Below are positions 38,794-48,606 of a DNA stretch of 64,000 nucleotides, one piece after another. The position numbers and the translations under genes are program-made. The stretch comes from an uncultured virus (IMG/VR IMGVR_UViG_3300028025_000094). Taxonomy: Duplodnaviria; Heunggongvirae; Uroviricota; Caudoviricetes. The stretch is taken from the IMG/VR virus record IMGVR_UViG_3300028025_000094; one strand, written 5' to 3'. Position 1 is the stretch's first letter. Every line of letters begins with the position of its first letter. The notes below the pieces were generated by a model. It did no database searches. It was not told the origin of the DNA and saw nothing but the letters and a program-made list of their open reading frames with translations.

Positions 38794-39654
38794 ATGAAAA
38801 AACTAATAATACTTTTATCTTTAATTCCTACCCTAGCTTTAGCTCAGGTTAGCACGTGGAGAAATCCTACTCCACCAGCAGCACCAGCACCACAGAGAAC
38901 AACATCTCCTTCATCTCCACAACAATCTGTACAACAGAGAAATAATGTAAGCAGTTGGAGAAATGAAACACCAAGAGAATACAACAGCCCTAAAAATACC
39001 AAACCCGGATCGAATATTATTATAAGAGATCCATTTTTTAATGATTGGGGATGGAACAATTGGGGCTGGGGATGGAACAGATGGAATACGTGGGGAGCAC
39101 CTGGATTTGGGTGGAACCACTGGTCTCCTGGATTTTATCATAATGATTGGGGATACAGACAACCAGCAAGAGTCTATGTTTACGATAACGGTAAAAGAGA
39201 CACAATAAAAGGCAAGAAGCCTGTTATTAGTTTTGGTATACAAAGAACATCTGATAAACAAATAGGTGGATTTTTTACAATGGGAGGCAAGGGATATTTT
39301 ATAATGGAGTATAACTCAAGCTTAGAAAGAGACAGATCTACATTTTTCCCATTTGGCAATATAACACAAATAGACTTCCCCCTAGTTGACGATCTAGTAC
39401 AGAGAAACAGTTTCTATATAGGAGCTGGTAAAAGAATCAAAAGAACCGGGGTACATTTTATGATAGGAACGATAAGCGAAGATGTAAGATGGAGAGGTAA
39501 AGATGATATAGGATATATCACCTTCCCTAAATATCTAGACAGATTCACAACAATGAAAGTTGGTGCCCTGCACGATTATAAGAATCTAACACTAAAGGTA
39601 GATTATGATCCGGTAATTAATACTGGAACATTTGGTCTGGGAGTAAATTTTTAG
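38794..39654 (+). CDS. Outer-membrane beta-barrel-like secreted protein
   Basis: Signal peptide MKKLIILLSLIPTLALA-Q, Trp/Gly-rich linker, amphipathic strands, terminal FGLGVNF. Confidence 0.65.
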   Translation: MKKLIILLSLIPTLALAQVSTWRNPTPPAAPAPQRTTSPSSPQQSVQQRNNVSSWRNETPREYNSPKNTKPGSNIIIRDPFFNDWGWNNWGWGWNRWNTWGAPGFGWNHWSPGFYHNDWGYRQPARVYVYDNGKRDTIKGKKPVISFGIQRTSDKQIGGFFTMGGKGYFIMEYNSSLERDRSTFFPFGNITQIDFPLVDDLVQRNSFYIGAGKRIKRTGVHFMIGTISEDVRWRGKDDIGYITFPKYLDRFTTMKVGALHDYKNLTLKVDYDPVINTGTFGLGVNF

Positions 39655-39688
39655 AAAAATTCAATACATTTGCTCAAACCCCTTTTAT

Positions 39689-40012
39689 ATGAGCACAAGA
39701 AACCAAAGGATCCTTTATAAGATGTCATCGGAAATAGCTAATATGATGAAGTTAGATCTCGTTGGAGTTAGTAGGGTGGAAACATTTCTTGGAGGATTCC
39801 AAAGTGGTTCCCTGAAAGGCATTACTGTAAATCTTAAAAGATTTTACAAACTAGTTGAAGCAAATGGTGTTAAACAAAAACAAAGAAGGGGTATAGGATA
39901 TAAAGTAGATCTTGTAATTCGTAATAACGAGAAATTCAATAAAGAAATAGAAGATCCCGGATTTGTCAAAATAGAAAATCCTACATTTTTTTCTTCCAAT
40001 AGATTTAGTTAA
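39689..40012 (+). CDS. Hypothetical basic protein
   Basis: TACATTTG 39665-39672 upstream. Confidence 0.55.
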   Translation: MSTRNQRILYKMSSEIANMMKLDLVGVSRVETFLGGFQSGSLKGITVNLKRFYKLVEANGVKQKQRRGIGYKVDLVIRNNEKFNKEIEDPGFVKIENPTFFSSNRFS

Positions 40013-40162
40013 ATTTAAGGGTAACTAAAACCCCTGATATGAGAAAGCCAGAAAAAAAAGATCAATCGAATATTCCATTTAATATATGGATGAATCACAT
40101 CCAGGTAGAATTGGAAAAAAATTATATCAAGCTAGGAAAAATTAGAAGAAGGGAAACCCAGT

Positions 40163-40876
40163 CTAGATAAGATTTTTTTCGAACTGATCATAGGCCCATT
40201 TTAAATAATCATAACCAGCTTCGACATTCTTAGAAACCTTTAAAGGTGGTTTAGATCCTTTGTATTTTTTAGGATCTATCTTTTTCAATTGCTTCCATGC
40301 AGAATCGCCTATCTGAAATAGACCCTTAAAACTTGGATTCGATTTAGGATTCGGATCGAATCTAGACTCTTTATAAGCAACTGTTGTTAAGAAATGATCT
40401 GGAAAATCGGAAGGCTTGATCCTAAATAAAGCAGCCTTTATTTTAGCGTTCTTTGGATTGTTAATTTCTTTTAAAGCTTCCCCCTCTAATTTTTTCCAGG
40501 TGTCTCTTTGATACATTAGAAATGCCATAACAGCTTCTCTATCCTTTCCGTCTCTTACAATATCATATCCTGTATAAGAGCTGGGCATATTATTAAGCAT
40601 ATTTCTTCTTAATGTTGGATCTAATTTTTCTTTTCCCTTGATAATATTAACTAATTTAGCTGCTCCCGTCGGTCCTTGCTGATGCGGGAGATATAACATA
40701 TGTGGTCCGTTGATTATCTCTATTGTCTTGGAGGTCGTTGATTTTTTATCAACTGCCTTAGGTTTGCTGGTGAAAAATCCCAGAACAGTTTTCTTGAATT
40801 TGTCCCAGACTCCTTCCTGCTCATCTATTCTTTCGGAATAATCATTAAACTCCTTATACTCTTTCAGATATCTCAT
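40163..40876 (-). CDS. SLT-type lytic transglycosylase with N-terminal leader
   Basis: VAYKESRFDP, KGLFQI, NVEAGYDYL; starts MRYLKEYKEF. Confidence 0.7.
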   Translation of the reverse strand: MRYLKEYKEFNDYSERIDEQEGVWDKFKKTVLGFFTSKPKAVDKKSTTSKTIEIINGPHMLYLPHQQGPTGAAKLVNIIKGKEKLDPTLRRNMLNNMPSSYTGYDIVRDGKDREAVMAFLMYQRDTWKKLEGEALKEINNPKNAKIKAALFRIKPSDFPDHFLTTVAYKESRFDPNPKSNPSFKGLFQIGDSAWKQLKKIDPKKYKGSKPPLKVSKNVEAGYDYLKWAYDQFEKNLI

Positions 40877-40888
40877 TACGCTATATAT

Positions 40889-41416
40889 TTAAATCTTTGG
40901 ATCTGGTTCTGTTAATAGATCGTCTAGCCATCCAGGCACTGATCCCATTTCTTCTATTGTTTTTAGCTCCGTCACGCTCCGATTTCCCATAGTATATTGT
41001 TTACCATTAAATGATGAAGGAGCTGTAAATACGAATCCTCTAAAAAGAACATCGATATGGATACCAGCGTAGGATCTGCCCAGAATATTTGGCATCTTCT
41101 CCTCTTCGTGAAAATAAATATGGTATCCTCCGTTTCTGGTTTTTTCATAGACGAAATCGTCTATTGAGCAATTATTTAATTCCATTAAGGAATCGAAAAG
41201 TAATACGGAGGATCCAATATTATCAATATCTATACAAACAATCGGGGAGTTATCTATTCTTAGACAGGTGACATCATATTCGGATTTGGGCTCTTCTATT
41301 AAATCTAGAGGAACCTTCTCCCTGATCATTTTTATCTTACCCCTTTCACCTCGATACTTGCCAAGAAAAATAGGAACTCCCAGGGATTTCCACTTGTTTG
41401 CGTAGAGTAGGTTCAT
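40889..41416 (-). CDS. Stand-alone Prim-Pol (bifunctional primase/polymerase N-terminal) domain
   Basis: VCIDID, KTRNGGYHIYF, IDV..GFVFTAPS. Confidence 0.75.
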   Translation of the reverse strand: MNLLYANKWKSLGVPIFLGKYRGERGKIKMIREKVPLDLIEEPKSEYDVTCLRIDNSPIVCIDIDNIGSSVLLFDSLMELNNCSIDDFVYEKTRNGGYHIYFHEEEKMPNILGRSYAGIHIDVLFRGFVFTAPSSFNGKQYTMGNRSVTELKTIEEMGSVPGWLDDLLTEPDPKI

Positions 41417-41418
41417 AA

Positions 41419-42174
41419 TTAAAATCCAAATTCTCCTAGATCTGATAAGGTAATTACTTCGTCACCGAATTTACTGATCATTAAATCAAATAGTTCTGGA
41501 ACTTGTTTCCTAATAATAGACATTGTTTGAGGTGTACATTCGTGATTAAAATCGGTTTTTGCTAATTCTGATATAAAATCTTTTTGAATATATTTACTGC
41601 ATCCAACTATTGAAAGAGCCACATCTTCAAAGTTTATTGAAGCACAGCTAACCATTGATCCAATTAGATCAAAATCATATTCATCCTCGTAATCATATCC
41701 TCCATCATCTTTATTCAGATTCTTTAAATGATATAAAGAGACTATTTCCTTCTTATCATTTTTTAATTCCGTGATTACATCCTCTATTGTCTCCTTATCA
41801 TCAACGCTTCTCTCCCAATTTTTGATTTCCACATTAGGAGGAAGAAAAAATGTCACAATAAATATATTGCCATATACTATTGAATGTTCAGTATCCCATT
41901 CCCCTGTATTTTGTTCCGCGTCTTTGCAATCTTCCCACTCAGCAGTACCTTTCTCATAATGGTCACAATCATCATCAAAATGATCAGTCCAACATTGTCC
42001 AGGTACAGAATCTGACATGTCTGGCATCGATGTGCTAATTGGGATTAATTCAAAGTCCATGTAACAATAATTCTCATTAGTACCTAAAGGGACTAGAAAA
42101 AATGTCCGATATGCCATTTCGGTGTTCCCAGATTCTAAAATAGAAAAATTTTTAAAATTCTTGATGATTTTCAT
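41419..42174 (-). CDS. Leader-bearing acidic protein with C-terminal SDLGEFGF tag
   Basis: MKIIKNFKNFSILES ... IRKQVPELFDLM..ITLSDLGEFGF. Confidence 0.65.
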   Translation of the reverse strand: MKIIKNFKNFSILESGNTEMAYRTFFLVPLGTNENYCYMDFELIPISTSMPDMSDSVPGQCWTDHFDDDCDHYEKGTAEWEDCKDAEQNTGEWDTEHSIVYGNIFIVTFFLPPNVEIKNWERSVDDKETIEDVITELKNDKKEIVSLYHLKNLNKDDGGYDYEDEYDFDLIGSMVSCASINFEDVALSIVGCSKYIQKDFISELAKTDFNHECTPQTMSIIRKQVPELFDLMISKFGDEVITLSDLGEFGF

Positions 42175-42198
42175 TCTTTACTTATTATAGACAGCTAA

Positions 42199-42435
42199 CT
42201 AGGATATTTCAGTTCGTACCCATCCAGTTCTCTCCAATCCTTCTAGCCATTGTGGGATATCCTTCGCTATTATCATAGACGAATCAGTTTCTTTGTGTGT
42301 TTTGAGATCGAGTTTTCTGACGTATATGAACCAATCGTCATCTTCAGATTCCTGTATTAGACAGTAATTTCTAGCTTTGGGCTTTTCTAATTTATATAAA
42401 ATCTTACCATATTTGTCTTTATATGTTGATTTCAT
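42199..42435 (-). CDS. Hypothetical protein
   Basis: 78-aa ORF in operon. Confidence 0.5.
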   Translation of the reverse strand: MKSTYKDKYGKILYKLEKPKARNYCLIQESEDDDWFIYVRKLDLKTHKETDSSMIIAKDIPQWLEGLERTGWVRTEIS

Positions 42436-42437
42436 GA

Positions 42438-43286
42438 TTAGAAGCCAAGTTCAGTAAGATCTGCAAGGGTTTCTGCTCCACCACCTGTTGATTTTTGTAG
42501 CTCTTCCCAAAGACCTGGGTAATATTTTTTAACGAAGTTCATTACTCGATAATCCCCGCTATTTAATATTATATCCTGAATTTCTTTTCTTCTTTCTTCA
42601 CCTGGTCCTAAATCCTGGCGTCCGCAAGCGCTAGCGATCATACCAGATACAATCTCGGTGAAGAGGCTGTATTCCTGTATTGATTCTGGATTTCTTGAAT
42701 GCTCCTTTGCGAAATATTCTTTATTTGATTCGATTGAAACATTGATTAGTGCCTCTGCTACCATGCCTTCGATAATATCGGGATACTTTGAAGAAATGTC
42801 TTTGGCAAATACTACACCGGATCTAAATCCTCCCTTTATATCCTTTTGTATATCCCTTCTAGGATCGGTCGACCTTAATCTGATTGATAGCATTTCTTTG
42901 TTCTTTCCAGATACTATAACACTTGCAGAAGCTAATAATAGTTTTGCCGGGCTTGTTTTATCCCACGTTCTTAGGGGCTTAACTATAAACCTTTTGAAAT
43001 ACTCAAAATCCTCGTTTCCCTGGAATGGAACAGATGGTGTACCTAGATCTGAATTGGTTAATTTGACAGCTGTTAGTTTATTGTCTTCTGGCAGAATTAT
43101 ATTAACTCCACTTTCTAAAGCAACCTTCTGGGTAGCACCTACCTCTTGGCCTGTTATTTCCTCCCTTCTTATTCCCATAGCTTCGCATAATGCTGCCCAT
43201 TTTGGAGAGGTGAAAAGACCACTTATATCTACATTATCTTCCGATAATTCACTCTCAAATAATCTAAATAGCTTAATGTGCTTCAT
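42438..43286 (-). CDS. Leader-bearing protein with C-terminal ADLTELGF tag
   Basis: MKHIKLFRLFES ... VKKYYPGLWEEL..ETLADLTELGF. Confidence 0.65.
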   Translation of the reverse strand: MKHIKLFRLFESELSEDNVDISGLFTSPKWAALCEAMGIRREEITGQEVGATQKVALESGVNIILPEDNKLTAVKLTNSDLGTPSVPFQGNEDFEYFKRFIVKPLRTWDKTSPAKLLLASASVIVSGKNKEMLSIRLRSTDPRRDIQKDIKGGFRSGVVFAKDISSKYPDIIEGMVAEALINVSIESNKEYFAKEHSRNPESIQEYSLFTEIVSGMIASACGRQDLGPGEERRKEIQDIILNSGDYRVMNFVKKYYPGLWEELQKSTGGGAETLADLTELGF

Positions 43287-43439
43287 TTTTAATCTTGTAT
43301 TTAGTATATATATTCAAAAGACAATCTCCACTTTTTATTATTCCCGGAGTCCCCTTTACATAAGGGCTTTACTCCTCCTTGAATGATATAAAATAAAGGT
43401 TAGATGTTTGAATATATAAAGGAATATAAATTACCAAAA

Positions 43440-43634
43440 ATGAAACAAGTAATTGAAAAAATTAAGGGTATCATAGATCTGGTTAAAAAGCTACTAGTAA
43501 AAGGAACTTCTGAAGAGAAGAAAGAACAAATAAAAGAACTTACTGAGGAAGTTTTTGAGGTTGTTGAAGAGGTCAAAGAAGTTAAAAAAGCTATTAAACC
43601 AAAATCTAAGGCTCAGCCTAAGGTTAAAAAATAA
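43440..43634 (+). CDS. Small Lys/Glu-rich protein
   Basis: ATG 43440 after AATATATAAA box. Confidence 0.45.
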   Translation: MKQVIEKIKGIIDLVKKLLVKGTSEEKKEQIKELTEEVFEVVEEVKEVKKAIKPKSKAQPKVKK

Positions 43635-43688
43635 TTTAAGACAGTTGGGGTTTGAAGACCCCACTTAGGGCCGGAAAGTTATTTCCGT

Positions 43689-43720
43689 AAGGCAGGAATT
43701 CGCTACTCCTGCCTTTTTTT
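43689..43720 (+). terminator. Intrinsic terminator preceded by two further hairpins
   Basis: AAGGCAGGA-ATTCGCTAC-TCCTGCCTTTTTTT. Confidence 0.75.
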
Positions 43721-43735
43721 GATGATATATAAAAC

Positions 43736-44071
43736 ATGGGAGATAATAAAATTTTTGAAGGCTACGACGATAAACTCGATAAGGATATAAGGGATTTCTT
43801 CGGTCTTTATTTTACGAGAAAGATAAAAATAGATAACTGTGACGACGTGCTAATTTTTAGCGGGCCTTTGGAAAATGATGCAGAGGCAAATCAAATCATA
43901 GACGATCTTAAAGATGCTTTGGATGAGATCGGTGATAATATGCGAAGCGACGGCGAAATATTAAATGAATTCGGGATCGACGACTTTCTTTATGAAAATC
44001 CAACTTACTTGGAAAAATTAAATTCGTTGGGGTACTCCGTAGACTATGAGGAGATAAAAAAAGGATATTAG
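43736..44071 (+). CDS. Acidic hypothetical protein
   Basis: MGDNKIFEG; GATATATA 43724-43731. Confidence 0.55.
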   Translation: MGDNKIFEGYDDKLDKDIRDFFGLYFTRKIKIDNCDDVLIFSGPLENDAEANQIIDDLKDALDEIGDNMRSDGEILNEFGIDDFLYENPTYLEKLNSLGYSVDYEEIKKGY

Positions 44072-44079
44072 AAAGTGCT

Positions 44080-45282
44080 TTAGAATCCAAGCTCACCTAA
44101 ATCCGCCAGAGTCTCTAACCCACTTGGGTCATTACCACTAAGATTTTTGTAAATATTCCATAGTTCAGGAAGATTCTTTCTTATATTACTTAATCCCTCA
44201 GCAGGAATAGATAAACCTTTCATTTCTTTTGCTATTAATTTGAAAAATACGGTATCGCTGATTTCAATTTCATCCTCTCCCTCCATTCCCTTAGCGAAAA
44301 TATCCATAGCAAATCTTACAAATGCTTTTAGAATTTCGTACATATGTATTTGCTTTTTGTCTGGAAGTTCATTGTCTATGTATTTAGTATCTACTGATGA
44401 TTTTAGTTCTATAAATGCTTTAGCTGCTGTTGTTTCAACCTCCTTGCATTTTTCTATTGTATCACCTACATGAATATCAACACCTGACATGAAATAACTC
44501 ATCTTCAATTTTTTGGGTACTTCCGAAAACGAAATGGCAATAGGTACGTTTCTAAAATGAAGATCATATAAGGAAGCTCCTTCAATGCCCCTATTTCCTG
44601 AGGATTGGAGTACTATATCTGCTAATTTTATCAGGGGTGAATCTGTTTTATTGCCCGTATAATTCCAAAAACCATTTGCGAAACTTTGACACACTATTTC
44701 TATACGAGAATCTCTAACCGATTTTTCCCTTCTTACTAAACCTATAAAATTTAAAATTTGATTCCATCTCGGGGAAGAAAAAATAGGAGAATGCTCATCC
44801 ATTGGTTCTTTTCCCCCAAAATATGCTTTAGAAAAATGCTTTCTGGTTTCAGGAATGTTTAGATTTTTACCTATTAGATTATTAATCTCCTGATCTACAA
44901 ATTTCTTGTACTCCTTTATAGGCATACCCTGGGGTCTTATGGAAGTACTGTTTGCAATAAATTCAACCCACACCCCTCTAATACAGTCTGTGAGCGAATC
45001 ATAAATTCCCTCGCCATACGTTCTTCCTGTAGACTCTACCGCATGGTACCATTTCCCGTTTTCTAGCTGAGTGATATAGGTTTTACCCCTAAGATTATTT
45101 ATTTCTACCTTACCGGTTTTTCTTGCTTTATACAGTATTTCGCCTGCATCCAGGCGGGAAGGTTTTGCCAGAGCTAATAGATCTTTACCCTCGGTCGTAT
45201 TCTCCAATGCATTTACTATCTCGTCAGTTACTGATTGTCTAGTAGCTGCTTCAAATAATTGGAATGTCTTTACATATTTCAT
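44080..45282 (-). CDS. Leader-bearing protein with C-terminal ADLGELGF tag
   Basis: MKYVKTFQLFEA ... IRKNLPELWNIY..ETLADLGELGF. Confidence 0.65.
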   Translation of the reverse strand: MKYVKTFQLFEAATRQSVTDEIVNALENTTEGKDLLALAKPSRLDAGEILYKARKTGKVEINNLRGKTYITQLENGKWYHAVESTGRTYGEGIYDSLTDCIRGVWVEFIANSTSIRPQGMPIKEYKKFVDQEINNLIGKNLNIPETRKHFSKAYFGGKEPMDEHSPIFSSPRWNQILNFIGLVRREKSVRDSRIEIVCQSFANGFWNYTGNKTDSPLIKLADIVLQSSGNRGIEGASLYDLHFRNVPIAISFSEVPKKLKMSYFMSGVDIHVGDTIEKCKEVETTAAKAFIELKSSVDTKYIDNELPDKKQIHMYEILKAFVRFAMDIFAKGMEGEDEIEISDTVFFKLIAKEMKGLSIPAEGLSNIRKNLPELWNIYKNLSGNDPSGLETLADLGELGF

Positions 45283-45341
45283 GTTATGTCTATTACTGAG
45301 TATTATATATTATGAAGAAACATTTTCTTAATTTGACATTC

Positions 45342-46193
45342 TTAAGCGTTCTGATCAACGAATCCAAAACAAACAGTACAATAAAATTCAGTAACAGTGT
45401 AGGTGAAACTCACGCTACTTAGTGTACCGTCTATACGAATAATATTAAATCCTTCAGTTCCTGTGAATTGAGTGTATTGAGTTCCGTTTACTGAATTTTG
45501 ATACGTCGTACTGGTACTCCAGATTGGTGTAAAGGGAGCAGTTGATTGAACCGGAACATTTAATGATGGATTACCAACACTAGCAAATGCAACTAAAGGA
45601 TTCGTAACCGGTTGACTGAATGTTGCTGTAAATACCCCATTGCTAGTATTTCGAATTTGGTTTCCACTTAGAGGAACTCCATATTCCAGAGGGAATGTCG
45701 TTGGACTGTACATGCCATTCTCAGTTGCCATGCCTCCATTACTTTGTGTAATTGCAACGGTAATACCGTTTTGCCCAGATCCACTTGCTGTGGTACTAGT
45801 AATAGAACTGATATTCATCCATTGAAATCCTGAACTACCGAAACCTGTATATGAAGTCCAATATCCGTTATTATTCAACCAGGTCTTAGCTTGTATCATA
45901 GTAGCAAATGTTTGACCTGTTTTATTTAAAACTAATTCCAGAAAGCTTTCTTCAGTTAAAAACTTACTTCTCCAGAACCCAACAGATGCTGTTATTCCAG
46001 GAATCGGGGTTGGATGTAATCCGTCAGGTTGTGAGTATGCTATCACATAACCTAAATCTTCATCTGGTCCGTTCCAGAAATCTGGAGATTCTGAAAATCC
46101 ACCAGATGGAATTCCGATTGCTAGGTCACCAACCTGTTCGGTACCGTTTATATTGGATCCTGTGTTATATGCAAATGGTCTAGCTGTTGGCAT
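45342..46193 (-). CDS. Ser/Thr/Gly-rich beta protein, probably structural
   Basis: MPTARPFAYNTG..GTEQVGDLAIG..FWNGPDE N-domain; GATATATA box 46215-46222. Confidence 0.55.
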   Translation of the reverse strand: MPTARPFAYNTGSNINGTEQVGDLAIGIPSGGFSESPDFWNGPDEDLGYVIAYSQPDGLHPTPIPGITASVGFWRSKFLTEESFLELVLNKTGQTFATMIQAKTWLNNNGYWTSYTGFGSSGFQWMNISSITSTTASGSGQNGITVAITQSNGGMATENGMYSPTTFPLEYGVPLSGNQIRNTSNGVFTATFSQPVTNPLVAFASVGNPSLNVPVQSTAPFTPIWSTSTTYQNSVNGTQYTQFTGTEGFNIIRIDGTLSSVSFTYTVTEFYCTVCFGFVDQNA

Positions 46194-46283
46194 TTTGAAT
46201 AATATTAATTGTCTTATATATCACTCATTTCTACATTCCGGAAAGATCCCATACATTTGTATAGAGAATCAAAAAGCTTAATA

Positions 46284-46586
46284 ATGCCTCCACGCGGATA
46301 TAACCAGCACTTCGTTTCTTTCATTTATTTGTGTTATGATAAAATTAGAGGATTGTATTCCCTTGAAACAAATGAGGTCCCTAGTAATGGGGATGAATCC
46401 TTCACAGCCAAGTTCGTATTCGAATTACACGCTCGGCACGGGTGTTATGATATGGGTAAATTCATAAGCAGCATTAATAACAATGACGAACTTAGCGATC
46501 TGCCGGCTGATGTTTTTGCTAAATGGATAATGGTCAACCAGAAGCATCTTACACATTTGCCAGAAACAATTTGGGAATCTATCTAA
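46284..46586 (+). CDS. Hypothetical protein
   Basis: ATG 46284 after TACATTTG 46252-46259. Confidence 0.5.
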   Translation: MPPRGYNQHFVSFIYLCYDKIRGLYSLETNEVPSNGDESFTAKFVFELHARHGCYDMGKFISSINNNDELSDLPADVFAKWIMVNQKHLTHLPETIWESI

Positions 46587-46616
46587 TGGATATAACTATA
46601 ATATAGAAAATACTAT

Positions 46617-46907
46617 ATGGAATATTTCTGCGGCACCTGCAATTCAACATTTCCAGACACAATGATTCTGGATAAGACAACAATCATAGAACAGACAGAA
46701 ACACACGTTCTTTACGAGGGTAATACGTTCTGTCCCCGATGCCAAAACAAAAGTGTTTACTGCAAATCTAATGCACTCATGGTTCCTAAACTAAGGGGAA
46801 CATTCGTGGATAGGATTCAGGGATATGGAGATAAACATGATGTGGTTTCTTCTCGAGTATCAACTGAGCCTAGAGTAACAAAATTAGAAAAGAGACCTAT
46901 CGAGTAG
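46617..46907 (+). CDS. Zinc-ribbon-like protein
   Basis: CGTC and CPRC. Confidence 0.55.
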   Translation: MEYFCGTCNSTFPDTMILDKTTIIEQTETHVLYEGNTFCPRCQNKSVYCKSNALMVPKLRGTFVDRIQGYGDKHDVVSSRVSTEPRVTKLEKRPIE

Positions 46908-46909
46908 CT

Positions 46910-47110
46910 ATGAATCGGAATTCTAAGAATTGGCAAACTACTTTTATTGCGGGTTATTTAACGTCCCTTTCTAATGCAGGAAGAAAAAGAGTTGCTAAGG
47001 GAGGTAAGCATCCTTTTATTAATAATCTTAGATCTGATGAATGGAAATGGTTTTTGGATAAATCCAGAATTGATTTGATAGATGATATTAAGTGGATAAA
47101 AATTAAATAG
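46910..47110 (+). CDS. Hypothetical protein
   Basis: Operon ORF. Confidence 0.45.
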   Translation: MNRNSKNWQTTFIAGYLTSLSNAGRKRVAKGGKHPFINNLRSDEWKWFLDKSRIDLIDDIKWIKIK

Positions 47111-47138
47111 TGATTTTTAGATGGAATAGATAGTAAAG

Positions 47139-47969
47139 ATGTCAAACAAAAAAATCATAAACTTTACTCCAACAGGAACTCAAACAACAAGAGAAAATTC
47201 CTACGCTCCCCTGACCCCGGATGAAATAATAGAGGAGGTTCATATGGCATACGATTTGGGAATTACTATGACCCATATTCATGCAAGAGACCCAGAGACC
47301 TTTGAAAATTCTTACAAGAAGGAAATTTATGGCCCTATTATAGAAGGAATCAGAAAGCATTGTCCGGATTTAACAATCTGTGTCTCTCTAACAGGAAGAT
47401 TATATCCGGAGTTTGAAAAAAGATCAGAGGTACTTAGTCTTTATCCTGATATGGGATCACTGACTATGTCTTCCCTTAATTTTCCGAAGGGTGCATCCCA
47501 GAACGATCCTTCGATGATAATAAGATTGATAGAAGCAATGAATGAGTATGGTGTGAATCCAGAAATAGAATGCTTTGATTCTGGCATGTTGAATTATACA
47601 AACTATCTACAGGAAAAAACAATCTTACCGGATTTGATTTATGTCAATATGATTTTTGGTAATATGTTCAATGCACAGGCAGACGTTCATACTATATCAT
47701 CTATTATAGCAAACAGAAAGGAAGGTTCTTTAATGTGTTTTGGTGGAATAGGAAAAGATCAGTTGAAATCAAATATCATGGGTCTATTATACGCAGATGG
47801 AATTAGAATAGGCCTGGAGGATAATCTATACTACACAGAAAAGAATAAAGCAACCAATAAGGAATTGCTAATTAGATCTCACGAGATAATCGGAAAACTT
47901 GGATCGGAAATAATGACCCCTGCAGAATTTAAATCAATGGGATTTGGAAATAAGAAGATGAATGCTTAG
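47139..47969 (+). CDS. Beta-keto acid cleavage enzyme (BKACE/DUF849, Kce-like)
   Basis: IINFTPTG, PLTPDEI, THIHARD, PDMGSL, PEIECFD, IRIGLEDN. Confidence 0.9.
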   Translation: MSNKKIINFTPTGTQTTRENSYAPLTPDEIIEEVHMAYDLGITMTHIHARDPETFENSYKKEIYGPIIEGIRKHCPDLTICVSLTGRLYPEFEKRSEVLSLYPDMGSLTMSSLNFPKGASQNDPSMIIRLIEAMNEYGVNPEIECFDSGMLNYTNYLQEKTILPDLIYVNMIFGNMFNAQADVHTISSIIANRKEGSLMCFGGIGKDQLKSNIMGLLYADGIRIGLEDNLYYTEKNKATNKELLIRSHEIIGKLGSEIMTPAEFKSMGFGNKKMNA

Positions 47970-48606
47970 TAATGAATTAACCATATTAGGAATGAGCGAA
48001 GGATGTATATCTATGATATTTGATATCCTTGAATCCAATAATCAATTTCCAAAGATAAGTATTGTTAATAATTTAGGTATAATCCCAACTAAAGAATATC
48101 TGAGAGAAAGTTTTATCATAGATCAAATCACAGAATTTGAAAACATCGATGGAGATTTTATTATCGGAGCATCAAAACCTAAAGTCAAGATGAAGATAAT
48201 GGACCTTTATAAAAGAGTACCTATATCCAATTTTGTTAAATTGATTAGTAGTAAATGCGACATCTCAAATACGACAGTTTTAGGTAACGGTTCGATTGTT
48301 AATTCTATGACTTGCATAGCTGCACATACAACGATAAAAGACTTTGTATTTATTAACAGGGGATGTACCATAGGGCATCATACTGTAATAAACAATTACG
48401 TGACCCTAAATCCTGCGGTGAACATTGCTAGCAATGTTACGGTGGGAGAATCGACTTTAATAGGTATAGGAACAAACATAATAGACGGAATAAATATAGG
48501 ATCAAACTCCATTATAGGAGCGGGATCTGTAGTGACTAAAGATATTCCTGATGGTGTTATAGCATACGGATCCCCGTGCAAAATAATAAGAGCCAATGAA
48601 GCATAA
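47962..48606 (+). CDS. NeuD/PglD-type hexapeptide acyltransferase
   Basis: Hexapeptide repeats, TIGHH, IIGAGSVVTKDIP..YGSP. Confidence 0.88.
   Translation: MLSNELTILGMSEGCISMIFDILESNNQFPKISIVNNLGIIPTKEYLRESFIIDQITEFENIDGDFIIGASKPKVKMKIMDLYKRVPISNFVKLISSKCDISNTTVLGNGSIVNSMTCIAAHTTIKDFVFINRGCTIGHHTVINNYVTLNPAVNIASNVTVGESTLIGIGTNIIDGINIGSNSIIGAGSVVTKDIPDGVIAYGSPCKIIRANEA

Noticed and set aside
43643..43720. tRNA gene
   Set aside because: No acceptor stem or T-loop consensus; kept only as a generic structured element.
886..44112. C-terminal tag copies as DNA repeats, attachment sites or DGR target regions
   Set aside because: Synonymous codons differ between copies, and no reverse transcriptase, integrase or template repeat is in the window.
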